From NCBI GenBank assembly GCA_041583675.1, contig JBFHFI010000001.1, positions 1-46,964 of the forward strand: a stretch of 46,964 bases of DNA, given 5' to 3'. The DNA is from Butyrivibrio sp. (GTDB taxonomy: Bacteria > Bacillota > Clostridia > Lachnospirales > Lachnospiraceae). Below, piece after piece: positions 30,441-39,499 of the stretch. Positions within the stretch are counted from its first letter, which is position 1. Each line of letters starts with the position of its first letter. A program made the position numbers and the translations under genes. Under the pieces are notes generated by a model. That model was not told the DNA's origin and did no database searches. It was given only the letters and a program-made list of their open reading frames with translations.

Positions 30441-31451
30441 TTATTCTGCTGACATTGCATTTAATTCCGCAAGATATTCTTCTGCGTTGTCTCCATCTAT
30501 AACTTTAACTCCTGTGTCTACTCTTTCTTCTACTGTTTCTCCTAAAGCGGCAGCTAATGCATTTTCTACAGCAGCATAACCCATATTATATGGAGATTGT
30601 GCCACAGTTGCATATAATTCACCACTTATAACAGCTTCAACACCTGAAGAAATTCCATCAAATCCCATAAATTTAATATCACTTCTTCCTGCTAATTCTG
30701 CAGCTCTTTGAGCTGCCACTGCCATAGAATCCCCTACGCATAAAACAGCATCTATCTGGTCATAAGATTGCATGAAATTTTCCATAATACTTACTGATTT
30801 TTCTGCATTTGATTCAGCATATTGAGTATCAAGCACTTCAATATTTGCTTCTTCCATTGCAGCCTTATATCCAGCTACACGTTCTTCAGTTGCAGGATTT
30901 CCAGCAACAGAAGCAATAATTACAACTTTTGAACCTTCTTCTAATTTTTCAGCCATATATTGACCTCCAATATATGCTGCTTCTTCGTTACCGGTTCCGA
31001 TAAATGAAACCTTATTTTCATATTCAGCATCTGTATCAACAAATAAAATTGGAATTGTTGCGTCTTTTAATTGCGTAACAACCATATCTGCTTGTGATGG
31101 AGCTATTGCTAATGCATCCACTTCACCAGAAGATAACATTGTTTCTATCATATTCATTTGTTCAGTATATGAAGTTTCTGAAGGTGGTCCTTGAAGCACA
31201 ACTGTACAGCCAAGCTCTTCTTCTGCATCTTTTACACCTGCAGATACATAACTCCAGTATTCAGAAGATAATGTTTTAAGTACAACACCCACTGTAATAT
31301 CTTCAGCGGTAAGTGTATTGCTCTCCGACGTTTCTGTTGCATCCGCAGTTCCTGTTGTTGCTGTTGTTTCTGATTCTTCACTTGAACATCCTGTAAAACT
31401 AAATAACATAACAATAACTATCGCAAACATACTCCACATTCTTTTTTTCAT
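30441..31451 (-). CDS. Sugar (inositol) ABC transporter substrate-binding lipoprotein, RbsB-like
   Basis: Lipobox FTGC; LKTLSSEYW, IGTGN, GFDG, ATVAQSPYNMG. Confidence 0.9.
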   Translation of the reverse strand: MKKRMWSMFAIVIVMLFSFTGCSSEESETTATTGTADATETSESNTLTAEDITVGVVLKTLSSEYWSYVSAGVKDAEEELGCTVVLQGPPSETSYTEQMNMIETMLSSGEVDALAIAPSQADMVVTQLKDATIPILFVDTDAEYENKVSFIGTGNEEAAYIGGQYMAEKLEEGSKVVIIASVAGNPATEERVAGYKAAMEEANIEVLDTQYAESNAEKSVSIMENFMQSYDQIDAVLCVGDSMAVAAQRAAELAGRSDIKFMGFDGISSGVEAVISGELYATVAQSPYNMGYAAVENALAAALGETVEERVDTGVKVIDGDNAEEYLAELNAMSAE

Positions 31452-31699
31452 TTTTTAATTCTCCTCCATTTTGCCTTATAAAAATTTTATAAGATTCATT
31501 GTTTCACTACACCCATTTTTACCTTTTTATCTTTTCAACCTTATTTATTTACACGTTATTGTTAACTATATTTATTTTTAGTTAACTTTTCTTTTCCCTC
31601 CTTAATATGTTTGTGCAATTTATATATATATGTTGAAAATAAAGGTATAAATAATACATTTTGTACATTCATAACTTCGAATGACTTTTGTATTGTTTA

Positions 31700-31728
31700 A
31701 TTATATTTTCTTTAGTTATTTATGTCAA
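31700..31728 (-). promoter_or_regulatory. Consensus sigma-A promoter of the ABC-iol operon
   Basis: Minus strand TTGACA-N17-TATAAT, perfect consensus. Confidence 0.8.
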
Positions 31729-32007
31729 CACTTTTTGTGCATATTATACCTTTTTTTTATATTTTATTACGTTATATTGACATATTTGATTGTAAAAAGT
31801 CTTATATTTTATATATTATAAGAAATAATAATAAAAAATAACTAAAAATAACTTTTATTTTCTCTTTGTTATATTTAAAAATAAATTATTTTTTTATGTG
31901 TTGTTTAAGTGAATGTTATCTAAGTATTAGGTGTTATCTATTGCTATCTGTGATATTTAACCGATAATGAATATATAAAGATTCTTACAAAAAAAGGAGA
32001 ATACAAT

Positions 32008-32469
32008 ATGAGTATGTCAATTGAATCATCAACCAGTAACATCAGCTCCTCTAGCGTGACTAATTATAAATCTAGAATTAATCAAATTGAATCTCAGATT
32101 CAAACTTACGAGTCTGAAATACTTTCTGAAACAGAAGAAGATGAAATATCAGATTTGGAAGATAAGATTTCTGAATTAGAAACCAAATTAGAGAAATTAG
32201 AACAACAAGCTTCAGCAAGTGAAAACACAAGTAGCACAGATTCCACAGATTCTACTAGTTCCACGAATAACAGCCTATCTTCTACTTCTTCTACAATCTA
32301 TTCCGAATCTTCAAGTACAGATGAAGACACTCTTGCAATTAGTAGTCAAGGAAAAGTACTTTCTGACTCCTTAAAAATTGCTGACAAAAAAAATGAATCC
32401 AATGAGGAAGAAAAACAAGAAGAGAAAAACCAGACAATCAATGAAAACACTATTTCCCTTTGGGTTTAA
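32008..32469 (+). CDS. Ser-rich acidic coiled-coil protein, FlxA-like
   Basis: SD AAAGGAG; Ser-rich N-terminus, coiled coil, DTLAISSQGK motif, C-terminal ISLWV; ACCGATAA (sigma-28-like -10) at 31960. Confidence 0.55.
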   Translation: MSMSIESSTSNISSSSVTNYKSRINQIESQIQTYESEILSETEEDEISDLEDKISELETKLEKLEQQASASENTSSTDSTDSTSSTNNSLSSTSSTIYSESSSTDEDTLAISSQGKVLSDSLKIADKKNESNEEEKQEEKNQTINENTISLWV

Positions 32470-32489
32470 ACTCTACCTAAAAAATTCCA

Positions 32490-32535
32490 AAAAAATAGAA
32501 ACTTTTCTAAATATTTAGAAAAGTTTCTATTTTTT
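32490..32535. terminator. Bidirectional terminator: perfect 46-bp palindrome
   Basis: AAAAAATAGAAACTTTTCTAAAT|ATTTAGAAAAGTTTCTATTTTTT with no spacer, between convergent genes. Confidence 0.8.
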
Positions 32536-32546
32536 ATTTTATAAAT

Positions 32547-35500
32547 CTAACTAGTTTTTATTACTTTATATCCTGTAATTCCAATCCCAAGTTGTGCGAT
32601 CAATAATAAGATTACATATAGATAAAGTCCATGACTAGAATCTCCAGTGTCTACATCTGTATTTGTCAAATTCCCAATAAATTGGTCACTTTCTACTTCT
32701 CCATCTTTATCTATTCCCACTTCTATTGTTCCTTCTATATCATCTGATCGAACTGTATAATCTCCGTATGGCATGTCTTCAAATATAGCAATTCCATCTT
32801 CGTCTGCTTCTACTTCTCCTACTTTATTGCCATCCTCATCATATATTTCATAAATTACTCCAGGCAACGGATCTCCATTCGGATCAGTTCCTGTAATAAT
32901 AATTGTTCCTCGAATTGTTTTATCTACAATTGTACCTGCATCAACTGTTTCAGATGTATTTTCAACAGTCACTGTTAATACTGTCTCCGATAATACATAC
33001 CCTTCTGGTGCCTCTATCTCTTTAATATTGTAGGTTCCTTCTGCAAGTTCATCAAAATACACATATCCTTGAACATTTGTAATTGCAGTCTTTAATGGTG
33101 CTGTGTAATCTGTATCAGTTGAATTATACAATCCAATTTCAGCTCCAGCCAATGCCGTTCCATCTTCTTTGGTTTTTAATGCCTGTACGGATCCCCATGG
33201 ATAAGCCGAATTTCTCTCATCAACAACTGTGAATCGAATCGTTTCCCCTTCTGTATCCACACTCACATCATAAACAGTTGTATTAATATCATACATTTCC
33301 GGTGCAATTAATTCTTTTACACTGTAGTTTCCATATGGGATATCTTCAAAAACAAGAATCCCTTCTCCATTTGTAACCTTTTGTTCTAACAATGTTGTTC
33401 CACTATATAATCCAAAAGTTGCATTCTCAAGTGGATCTCCAACTACATTTTGTTTCTCAATTTGAATATCTGATTCAAGCAATCTATTGGTAAAATCTCC
33501 TAAATCATAAGTCTGTCCATCTATCTGAATATCTACAGATAATGTCGCAGAGGATAATGCATAGTGAGAAGCTGCCTGCGTTTCTTTAATTACATAACTT
33601 CCATAAGCAATATCTGTAAACTGAACAATTCCACTTGCATTAGAAGTTGCTGCTGCAATCGGTACTGTAAAACTCGTATCAGTAGAAGCATATATCTCAA
33701 ATTGTGCTCCTGATATAGGTAGATTTGTATCAACATCTACTTTTTTAAATTCCACATTTCCACGAATCATTGTATTAGACACACTACTAGGTGTTGCTTG
33801 CACTGTAGCACCTTCTGTAGTAATCGTAGCTGTTAATGTTTCTGTACTTAACACATATCCTGTAGGTGGTATTGTCTCTTTAATTGTATAGCTACCATAA
33901 TCCACATTTTCAAATTCGACCAATCCAGTTGATGTACTAACCGCTGTTGTTACAATATCTGAATTTGAATCATATAAAGTAAATGTAGCTCCTGATAATG
34001 CATTTCCATCTTCATCTGTTTTTGTAAATGTAATTATACCTTTTATAATGTCATTATCCCATTCTGTTGTTACATCTTTTTCTGTTGCTGTATTATAAAC
34101 TATATAATCTTTTGCAACCGTATCTAAATTATATCCCGTTGGAGCTGTATATTCTTTCACTGAATATGGCACTCCAAATCTTAAATCTCCAAATACAGCC
34201 TCACCTGAAGCATCCGTTGTCACTTCATCTATTGCATTTCCGTATTGATCATAGAGACGGAATACTGCTCCTTCTAATACCGTACTAGAATCCTCAGAAT
34301 TCACTTTTGTAATTGATATTGTTCCTGTATCTGTACTTACTTTACTTCCAGTCTCAATCCAAGAAACCACAATATTATTAGCCGTTGAAGTCTGTTCCTG
34401 ACCCGTTCCCGAAAAGGAAATACTGTTAGAAAATGGAGATAAACTTTGATCCTGTATATAAGTCCTATAAGTTAATATATAACCATTTTCCACAGGTGAT
34501 GGAATTACAAACAAAAATTCTTTGGTATCAAAATCATATTTTACATTATCGGAAGTTAAAGCAATTTCCGAGCCTGTTATTAAATTTCCACTAGCATCAA
34601 TAGATTGATGAGCCAATATAATTGAAGAAGTATCCAAAAGCAATCCATCTTGAATTGTATCTGTAAGCTCTCCAGTAGAAAGCCCAACATCATTGGAATT
34701 AATAATAACTGTCCAGTCTATATATCGATTACCCGATGTATAATCTGCTGTTTTTCCAACAACAATATTTTCAATATCCTGAGTTCCTATATCACTAATA
34801 GGAGCAGTTAAATTATCATGATCAATTGTAATTGTATTACTTACCGTTTTGGTTCCATTGGTATAGAACAATGAAAGATCTGTTATTTCTGTCTGATAAG
34901 TAAAAGTAAATTCTGTTGATTGTAACCCTGTTATATCATAAGTGAAAAAAGCATTATCAGATTCAGTTGCTGCCGTATAATTAAAGGTTCCTGCAGATAC
35001 TGTTCCTGAAGTAATCTGGAAAGAATTATCCACATATTCCTGACCATCGGGTATAATATCTTCTATCTCAACATTATTCAAATCTATATTATTATCATTC
35101 ACAACCACTTCCCATGTAATAAGTCTAGTTGTGTAATCATAATCAATTCCTGTTTTATCTATAATTTGACTATCTACTACCTGTGATCCAGTAGAAGTAG
35201 ATGAATAAGTACTATCATTTGTCAATGTTGCAGTATTATATAATGTTGTCTGAACATTAGATTTATATACATCTTCATCTGTAATCTGTGTTTTATACTC
35301 TATTGTATAAGCACCCGTAATTGTAGAATCAAAGGTATATGTTAATCGTCCTGTAGATGTCGTATCTCCAGCTGATGCCGCAACATAATTAAATCCTAAA
35401 GACAAAGCCCCATTATCAATGGACTCTGATCCAGAGACAAATTCCTGTCCTATTGGAATATCATCTGTAACCACTGCATCTGTAAGTGTTACCTCATTGC

Positions 35501-36872
35501 TATTTACAACTATTTTCCATGTAATTTGACCTGTTGCTGCATCATATGACTGACCTGTTTTCTTAATTGCATTTGATTTAACTCCAACACCTTTAAAATC
35601 TGTAACTGCTGTTGTAAATTCATCTGCATCCAAGCTTACATTATTAGTATATGTTGTTGTTCCATTGGATAAATATCTTTCTTCTTCAACATCAGTAGAA
35701 AAAGTGATACTATGTTCTTCGCTAATAGAACCAAGATTAAATGTTAATATCTGACCAGTTTCTGAATAGGTAGTGCTCGCCCCATCCAATAAGACTGTAG
35801 CTGCATCTAGTGTTAATCCAGTAGGAATTGTCTCTGTAATAATCACATTTGTAAGATCAAATTCACTTTCATTTATGGTAATTGTCCAATCAATTTGATG
35901 AGTTGCTGAATTATAAGAACCTGTTTTTTCTAAAATATCAATTGGAATATCTACCTCTGCTATATTTGAATTTACAGTACCTACATCACTTGTAAGTTCA
36001 CTGCTATTAGATACTGTATATTCTGATAGATCCGGTGTTAAAACAGTTAGATCCAATAATGTCTTAAATTCAACTATTTGCTCATCCGTAATATAGCTAG
36101 GAAAATCATAAGTCAATAAATTCCCAGAATAATCATAATCTGCGCCATCTATTACTACATCATTCACCTTTAATGAACCTGGTATAAATGTTTGGTCTGT
36201 TGATATCTGGTCTGAAATAGAACCATTCAACATCATTTCATCATTTGGATTTACAACCATAGTCCATGTAATTTCATTGGTTGTTTCATCGTATACTCCC
36301 GTTTTGGTAACACCAATATCTTCAAGTGTTGGATCTTCAAAATCAACAGTAATCACTACCGGTGAAGCAGTGCCTCCTATATCGAAAGAAATGTTAGTTG
36401 AACCTCCTTGCTCCACTTCTTCTTCATCAAATCCTAAAGTAAACCAAAAAGAGCCTACAATGCCTGAATTAGTTGCAGCAAATTCTGTAAATGTTAATTC
36501 AATTTCACCATTTGTTGAAAGCACACCATTTGCTACAATATCACCAAAATCTGTACTAATCCCAAAAGATGTACCTGCACTTATTAATATCTCTGGAGGA
36601 ATAGTAATAACAAAAGTATCTCCTGCTGCTACATCTCCTGCATTAGGAATTGCAAAATCATAAGAAAGAATTAATTCCGAATCCAACTCAATATCAGTCC
36701 CCAATGGATTTCCATCTGTATCTGTCAAACTAACTCCCGTGATTAGATCATAGCTAGTTGTCAGACTCGCCGCATTCACCTCATTTTTATTCATAAAAAA
36801 TGGTAATACTTGGGCAATTAATAATAATACTATTAATCCCATTTTCCCTATTTTCTGTAATTTTCCCCTCAT
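32547..36872 (-). CDS. Large cell-surface adhesin: collagen-binding-like Ig repeats plus CnaB/SpaA (prealbumin-like) domains, sortase-type anchor
   Basis: Signal peptide; repeated KTG.Y...ITW..VN modules; repeated L.GA.F.LY...G.Y..KE..AP.GY modules; C-terminal VDTGD + TM + basic tail. Confidence 0.85.
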   Translation of the reverse strand: MRGKLQKIGKMGLIVLLLIAQVLPFFMNKNEVNAASLTTSYDLITGVSLTDTDGNPLGTDIELDSELILSYDFAIPNAGDVAAGDTFVITIPPEILISAGTSFGISTDFGDIVANGVLSTNGEIELTFTEFAATNSGIVGSFWFTLGFDEEEVEQGGSTNISFDIGGTASPVVITVDFEDPTLEDIGVTKTGVYDETTNEITWTMVVNPNDEMMLNGSISDQISTDQTFIPGSLKVNDVVIDGADYDYSGNLLTYDFPSYITDEQIVEFKTLLDLTVLTPDLSEYTVSNSSELTSDVGTVNSNIAEVDIPIDILEKTGSYNSATHQIDWTITINESEFDLTNVIITETIPTGLTLDAATVLLDGASTTYSETGQILTFNLGSISEEHSITFSTDVEEERYLSNGTTTYTNNVSLDADEFTTAVTDFKGVGVKSNAIKKTGQSYDAATGQITWKIVVNSNEVTLTDAVVTDDIPIGQEFVSGSESIDNGALSLGFNYVAASAGDTTSTGRLTYTFDSTITGAYTIEYKTQITDEDVYKSNVQTTLYNTATLTNDSTYSSTSTGSQVVDSQIIDKTGIDYDYTTRLITWEVVVNDNNIDLNNVEIEDIIPDGQEYVDNSFQITSGTVSAGTFNYTAATESDNAFFTYDITGLQSTEFTFTYQTEITDLSLFYTNGTKTVSNTITIDHDNLTAPISDIGTQDIENIVVGKTADYTSGNRYIDWTVIINSNDVGLSTGELTDTIQDGLLLDTSSIILAHQSIDASGNLITGSEIALTSDNVKYDFDTKEFLFVIPSPVENGYILTYRTYIQDQSLSPFSNSISFSGTGQEQTSTANNIVVSWIETGSKVSTDTGTISITKVNSEDSSTVLEGAVFRLYDQYGNAIDEVTTDASGEAVFGDLRFGVPYSVKEYTAPTGYNLDTVAKDYIVYNTATEKDVTTEWDNDIIKGIITFTKTDEDGNALSGATFTLYDSNSDIVTTAVSTSTGLVEFENVDYGSYTIKETIPPTGYVLSTETLTATITTEGATVQATPSSVSNTMIRGNVEFKKVDVDTNLPISGAQFEIYASTDTSFTVPIAAATSNASGIVQFTDIAYGSYVIKETQAASHYALSSATLSVDIQIDGQTYDLGDFTNRLLESDIQIEKQNVVGDPLENATFGLYSGTTLLEQKVTNGEGILVFEDIPYGNYSVKELIAPEMYDINTTVYDVSVDTEGETIRFTVVDERNSAYPWGSVQALKTKEDGTALAGAEIGLYNSTDTDYTAPLKTAITNVQGYVYFDELAEGTYNIKEIEAPEGYVLSETVLTVTVENTSETVDAGTIVDKTIRGTIIITGTDPNGDPLPGVIYEIYDEDGNKVGEVEADEDGIAIFEDMPYGDYTVRSDDIEGTIEVGIDKDGEVESDQFIGNLTNTDVDTGDSSHGLYLYVILLLIAQLGIGITGYKVIKTS

Positions 36873-37004
36873 TCTTATGCTCCTTTACTTATTAAAATTT
36901 GGCATCTGTATTTCATCTACTTTTCCCTATATATTATTTAAAAAATAATTAAATATTACCTATATCATAACACAAATTAGTATTGATTACCATTATTTAA
37001 TGCT

Positions 37005-37054
37005 AAAAAAAAGAATAGACAATTCATATTTCTACGAATTGTCTATTCTTTTTT
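37005..37054 (-). terminator. Terminator downstream of tRNA-Trp
   Basis: AAAAAAGAATAGACAATTC / GAATTGTCTATTCTTTTTT inverted repeat. Confidence 0.85.
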
Positions 37055-37060
37055 AATAAA

Positions 37061-37133
37061 CAGGGGCAGTAGGATTTGAACCCACGACATTTGGTTTTGG
37101 AGACCAACGCTCTACCAGCTGAACTATACCCCT
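37061..37133 (-). tRNA. trnW: tRNA-Trp (CCA)
   Basis: AGGGGTATAGTTCAGCTGGTAGAGCGTTGGTCTCCAAAACCAAATGTCGTGGGTTCAAATCCTACTGCCCCTG folds as a cloverleaf; anticodon CCA; 3' CCA not encoded. Confidence 0.96.
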
Positions 37134-37169
37134 ATCTTCTTGCCAAGCTTATGCAATTGGCACTTCATA

Positions 37170-37198
37170 TTTATAACATATTATATTTGTAAATGCAA
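37170..37198 (-). promoter_or_regulatory. Sigma-A promoter for tRNA-Trp
   Basis: TTGCAT-N17-TATAAA with extended TG. Confidence 0.6.
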
Positions 37199-37227
37199 CC
37201 CTGAATTGTTATAATTTTTCAAAAAAT

Positions 37228-37884
37228 TCACACTTCTTTGGATTTACAATAGATATCCATAATCTCTCTTACTTCATCTGTAATATCCCTTTGATATGCT
37301 ATTTCATTCTCCATTCCTCGAGACTTGTCATTTGCTACTAAAGCTGCTTTTAATAATTGATCCAATAACTTGCCTATACTCATTGCTTTTTCCTGTTGTT
37401 CCACTGATTTGGCATAGATTCTATTCATAGTATCAATCATAGATTCTACATAATGATTTACTAATTGTACTGTTTCCGAAATATCATTGGATGAATCCGA
37501 TGACTGTTCTGCTAACACTCCAACTTCTGATACCACCAATGCAAAACCTTCCCCTGCTTTTCCTGCTTTTGCCGCTTCAATTGCCGCATTTCTAGATAAT
37601 GTATTGGTCTTATTTGCTAATTGACCAACCGTACTTGCAAAATCTTGAATGGATTGAGCCAAAACTTCTAATTGTTGAATCTCTGTTGCTGATTCTTCCA
37701 CAATATTATTCAATTCTAAAACATCCTCTACAATTCCTTCAATATTCGTGATTCCTTCTTTTACTAAATTAAGAGATGTATCTGATGAATTAATTACATC
37801 AAAAGCATGTTTTTCTACTTTTAATTGTGATTCATCTAAATGAGATATAATCTCCTGAAATTCCTTCACAAAATCTTCGCACAT
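37228..37884 (-). CDS. Soluble MCP-signal-domain protein with no sensor or TM region
   Basis: KTNTLSRNAAIEAAKAGKAGEGFALVVSEVGVLAEQS is a divergent MA tip; no hydrophobic segment; SD GGGAGG. Confidence 0.78.
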   Translation of the reverse strand: MCEDFVKEFQEIISHLDESQLKVEKHAFDVINSSDTSLNLVKEGITNIEGIVEDVLELNNIVEESATEIQQLEVLAQSIQDFASTVGQLANKTNTLSRNAAIEAAKAGKAGEGFALVVSEVGVLAEQSSDSSNDISETVQLVNHYVESMIDTMNRIYAKSVEQQEKAMSIGKLLDQLLKAALVANDKSRGMENEIAYQRDITDEVREIMDIYCKSKEV

Positions 37885-37920
37885 TTTTTCCTCCCGTAAT
37901 ACTTTATTTCATACTTCCTC

Positions 37921-38086
37921 ACTAATCCGCCGCAAGAGCCGGGCTCTGAGGGGGACTTACCTACTAATCCGCCGCAAGAGCCAGGCTCCGAGGGGGACTT
38001 ACCTACTAATCCGCCGCAAGAGCTAGGCTCTGAGAGGGGGACTTACCTACTAATCCGCCGCAAGAGCTAGGCTCCGAGGGGGACTT
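37921..38086. repeat. Tandem array of four GC-rich ~42-bp hairpin units
   Basis: Unit ACTAATCCGCCGCAAGAGCYRGGCTCYGAGGGGGACTTACCT at 37921, 37963, 38005 (+2 nt) and 38049 (truncated). Confidence 0.97.
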
Positions 38087-38098
38087 TCAACTTTAATT

Positions 38099-39445
38099 TT
38101 AATCTAACTCGGAAATAGACTTAATTCCCCTAAGTTTGATGCGTGATTCTGGTCCTATTATTTTTAAACAAGATTCTGGAAGAATACATTCTTCAAATCC
38201 CAATTTAATTGCTTCATTTACCCTTTGTTTTACTTGATTAACGGATCGAACTTCTCCTGCAAGACCCACCTCCCCAAATGCAATCATTCTTTCATCCAAT
38301 GGTTTATTTCTAAAACTTGAGATAATAGACATTACAATTCCCAAATCCAATGCCGGTTCATTTACTTTCATTCCTCCAGCAATATTAAGATATGCATCAC
38401 AACCTGATAACTGCATTCCCATTTTCTTCTCTAATACTGCCATCAAAAGATTTACTCTATTGTAATCCACTCCTGCTGCAGTTCTTCTAGGCATCCCAAA
38501 ATTACTATGGCAGACACGTGCTTGTATCTCTATTAAAATCGGTCTTGTTCCTTCCATAATACATGCAACCACAGAACCTGGTTCCCCTTGCAATCTTCCA
38601 CTTAACATATATTCAGATGGATTCAACACTTCTCTAAGTCCTTGTTGTCCCATTTCAAAAACACCGATTTCGTCCGTTGCACCAAATCGATTCTTCACCG
38701 CTCGAATAATACGGTACATCTCACTGCGCTCTCCTTCGAAATACAGAACTGTATCCACCATATGCTCTAAAACTCTTGGTCCGGCAACCACACCTTCTTT
38801 GGTAACATGCCCCACTATAAATATAGTAACTCCCAATCCTTTTGCTATTGTTAACAATGCATTGGTAGAAGCTCTTACCTGACTTACACTTCCCGGTGCC
38901 GAATCAGAGGTTTCGCAAAACATAGTCTGAATAGAATCAATTACTACAACTGCAGGTTGAATTTTTCTAATTGCATCTTCAATTAAAGATAGATTTGTCT
39001 CACATAACAGATAAAATTCATCCTTCATCTGTCCTACTCTTTCTGCTCTCATCTTGATCTGCTTCAAAGATTCTTCTCCAGAAATATATAACACTGTACG
39101 ACTCTCTGCAATATTTTTGCAAACTTGCAATAAGATGGTAGATTTTCCAATTCCCGGATCTCCGCCCACCAAAACAAGGGACCCCAATACAATACCGCCT
39201 CCCAGTACTCTATCTAGCTCCTCAAATCCACAACTGAATCGGTTCTCTTCTGTTATATCAACTTCTGCAATTCTCACTGGCACACTTCCCGTTAACGTTG
39301 GCGAAGCTGTACCTTTTGTAGGTTTAGACTTTGGTTCTTCTACAAAAGAATTCCATTCTTTACAAGCAGGACACTGTCCTAACCACTTACTTGATTCATT
39401 TCCACATTCTTTACAAAAAAATACTGTTGTTTTACTTTTTGCCAC
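38099..39445 (-). CDS. radA: DNA repair protein RadA/Sms
   Basis: C4 zinc finger CKECG...CPAC, GDPGIGKST, KNRFG, Lon-like C-terminus. GTG start at 39445. Confidence 0.96.
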   Translation of the reverse strand: MAKSKTTVFFCKECGNESSKWLGQCPACKEWNSFVEEPKSKPTKGTASPTLTGSVPVRIAEVDITEENRFSCGFEELDRVLGGGIVLGSLVLVGGDPGIGKSTILLQVCKNIAESRTVLYISGEESLKQIKMRAERVGQMKDEFYLLCETNLSLIEDAIRKIQPAVVVIDSIQTMFCETSDSAPGSVSQVRASTNALLTIAKGLGVTIFIVGHVTKEGVVAGPRVLEHMVDTVLYFEGERSEMYRIIRAVKNRFGATDEIGVFEMGQQGLREVLNPSEYMLSGRLQGEPGSVVACIMEGTRPILIEIQARVCHSNFGMPRRTAAGVDYNRVNLLMAVLEKKMGMQLSGCDAYLNIAGGMKVNEPALDLGIVMSIISSFRNKPLDERMIAFGEVGLAGEVRSVNQVKQRVNEAIKLGFEECILPESCLKIIGPESRIKLRGIKSISELD

Positions 39446-39462
39446 TTTATTCTCCAAATAAT

Positions 39463-39490
39463 CAAAGGCTGTGATTATCCACAGCCTTTG
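39463..39490 (-). terminator. Stem-loop between the hypothetical gene and radA
   Basis: CAAAGGCTGTG / CACAGCCTTTG; weak T-tail. Confidence 0.5.
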
Positions 39491-39499
39491 TATCCTTAA

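Noticed and set aside
1-37060. Integrative island at tRNA-Trp
   Set aside because: No integrase or transposase, and I saw no duplicated tRNA 3' end (att site) in the window.
37061-37133. tRNA-Trp as a UGA suppressor explaining the in-frame TGA
   Set aside because: The anticodon is CCA with a normal 5-bp stem and G24; no suppressor feature is visible.
37921-38086. CRISPR array
   Set aside because: Units are contiguous with no unique spacers, and there are no cas genes in the window.
37921-38086. Type III toxin-antitoxin RNA array or a repeat-encoded peptide
   Set aside because: No ToxN/CptN/TenpN-like gene is adjacent and there is no terminator before the next gene. The open plus-strand frame (LLIRRKS...) lacks a start and SD and is broken by the 2-nt insertion in unit 3.
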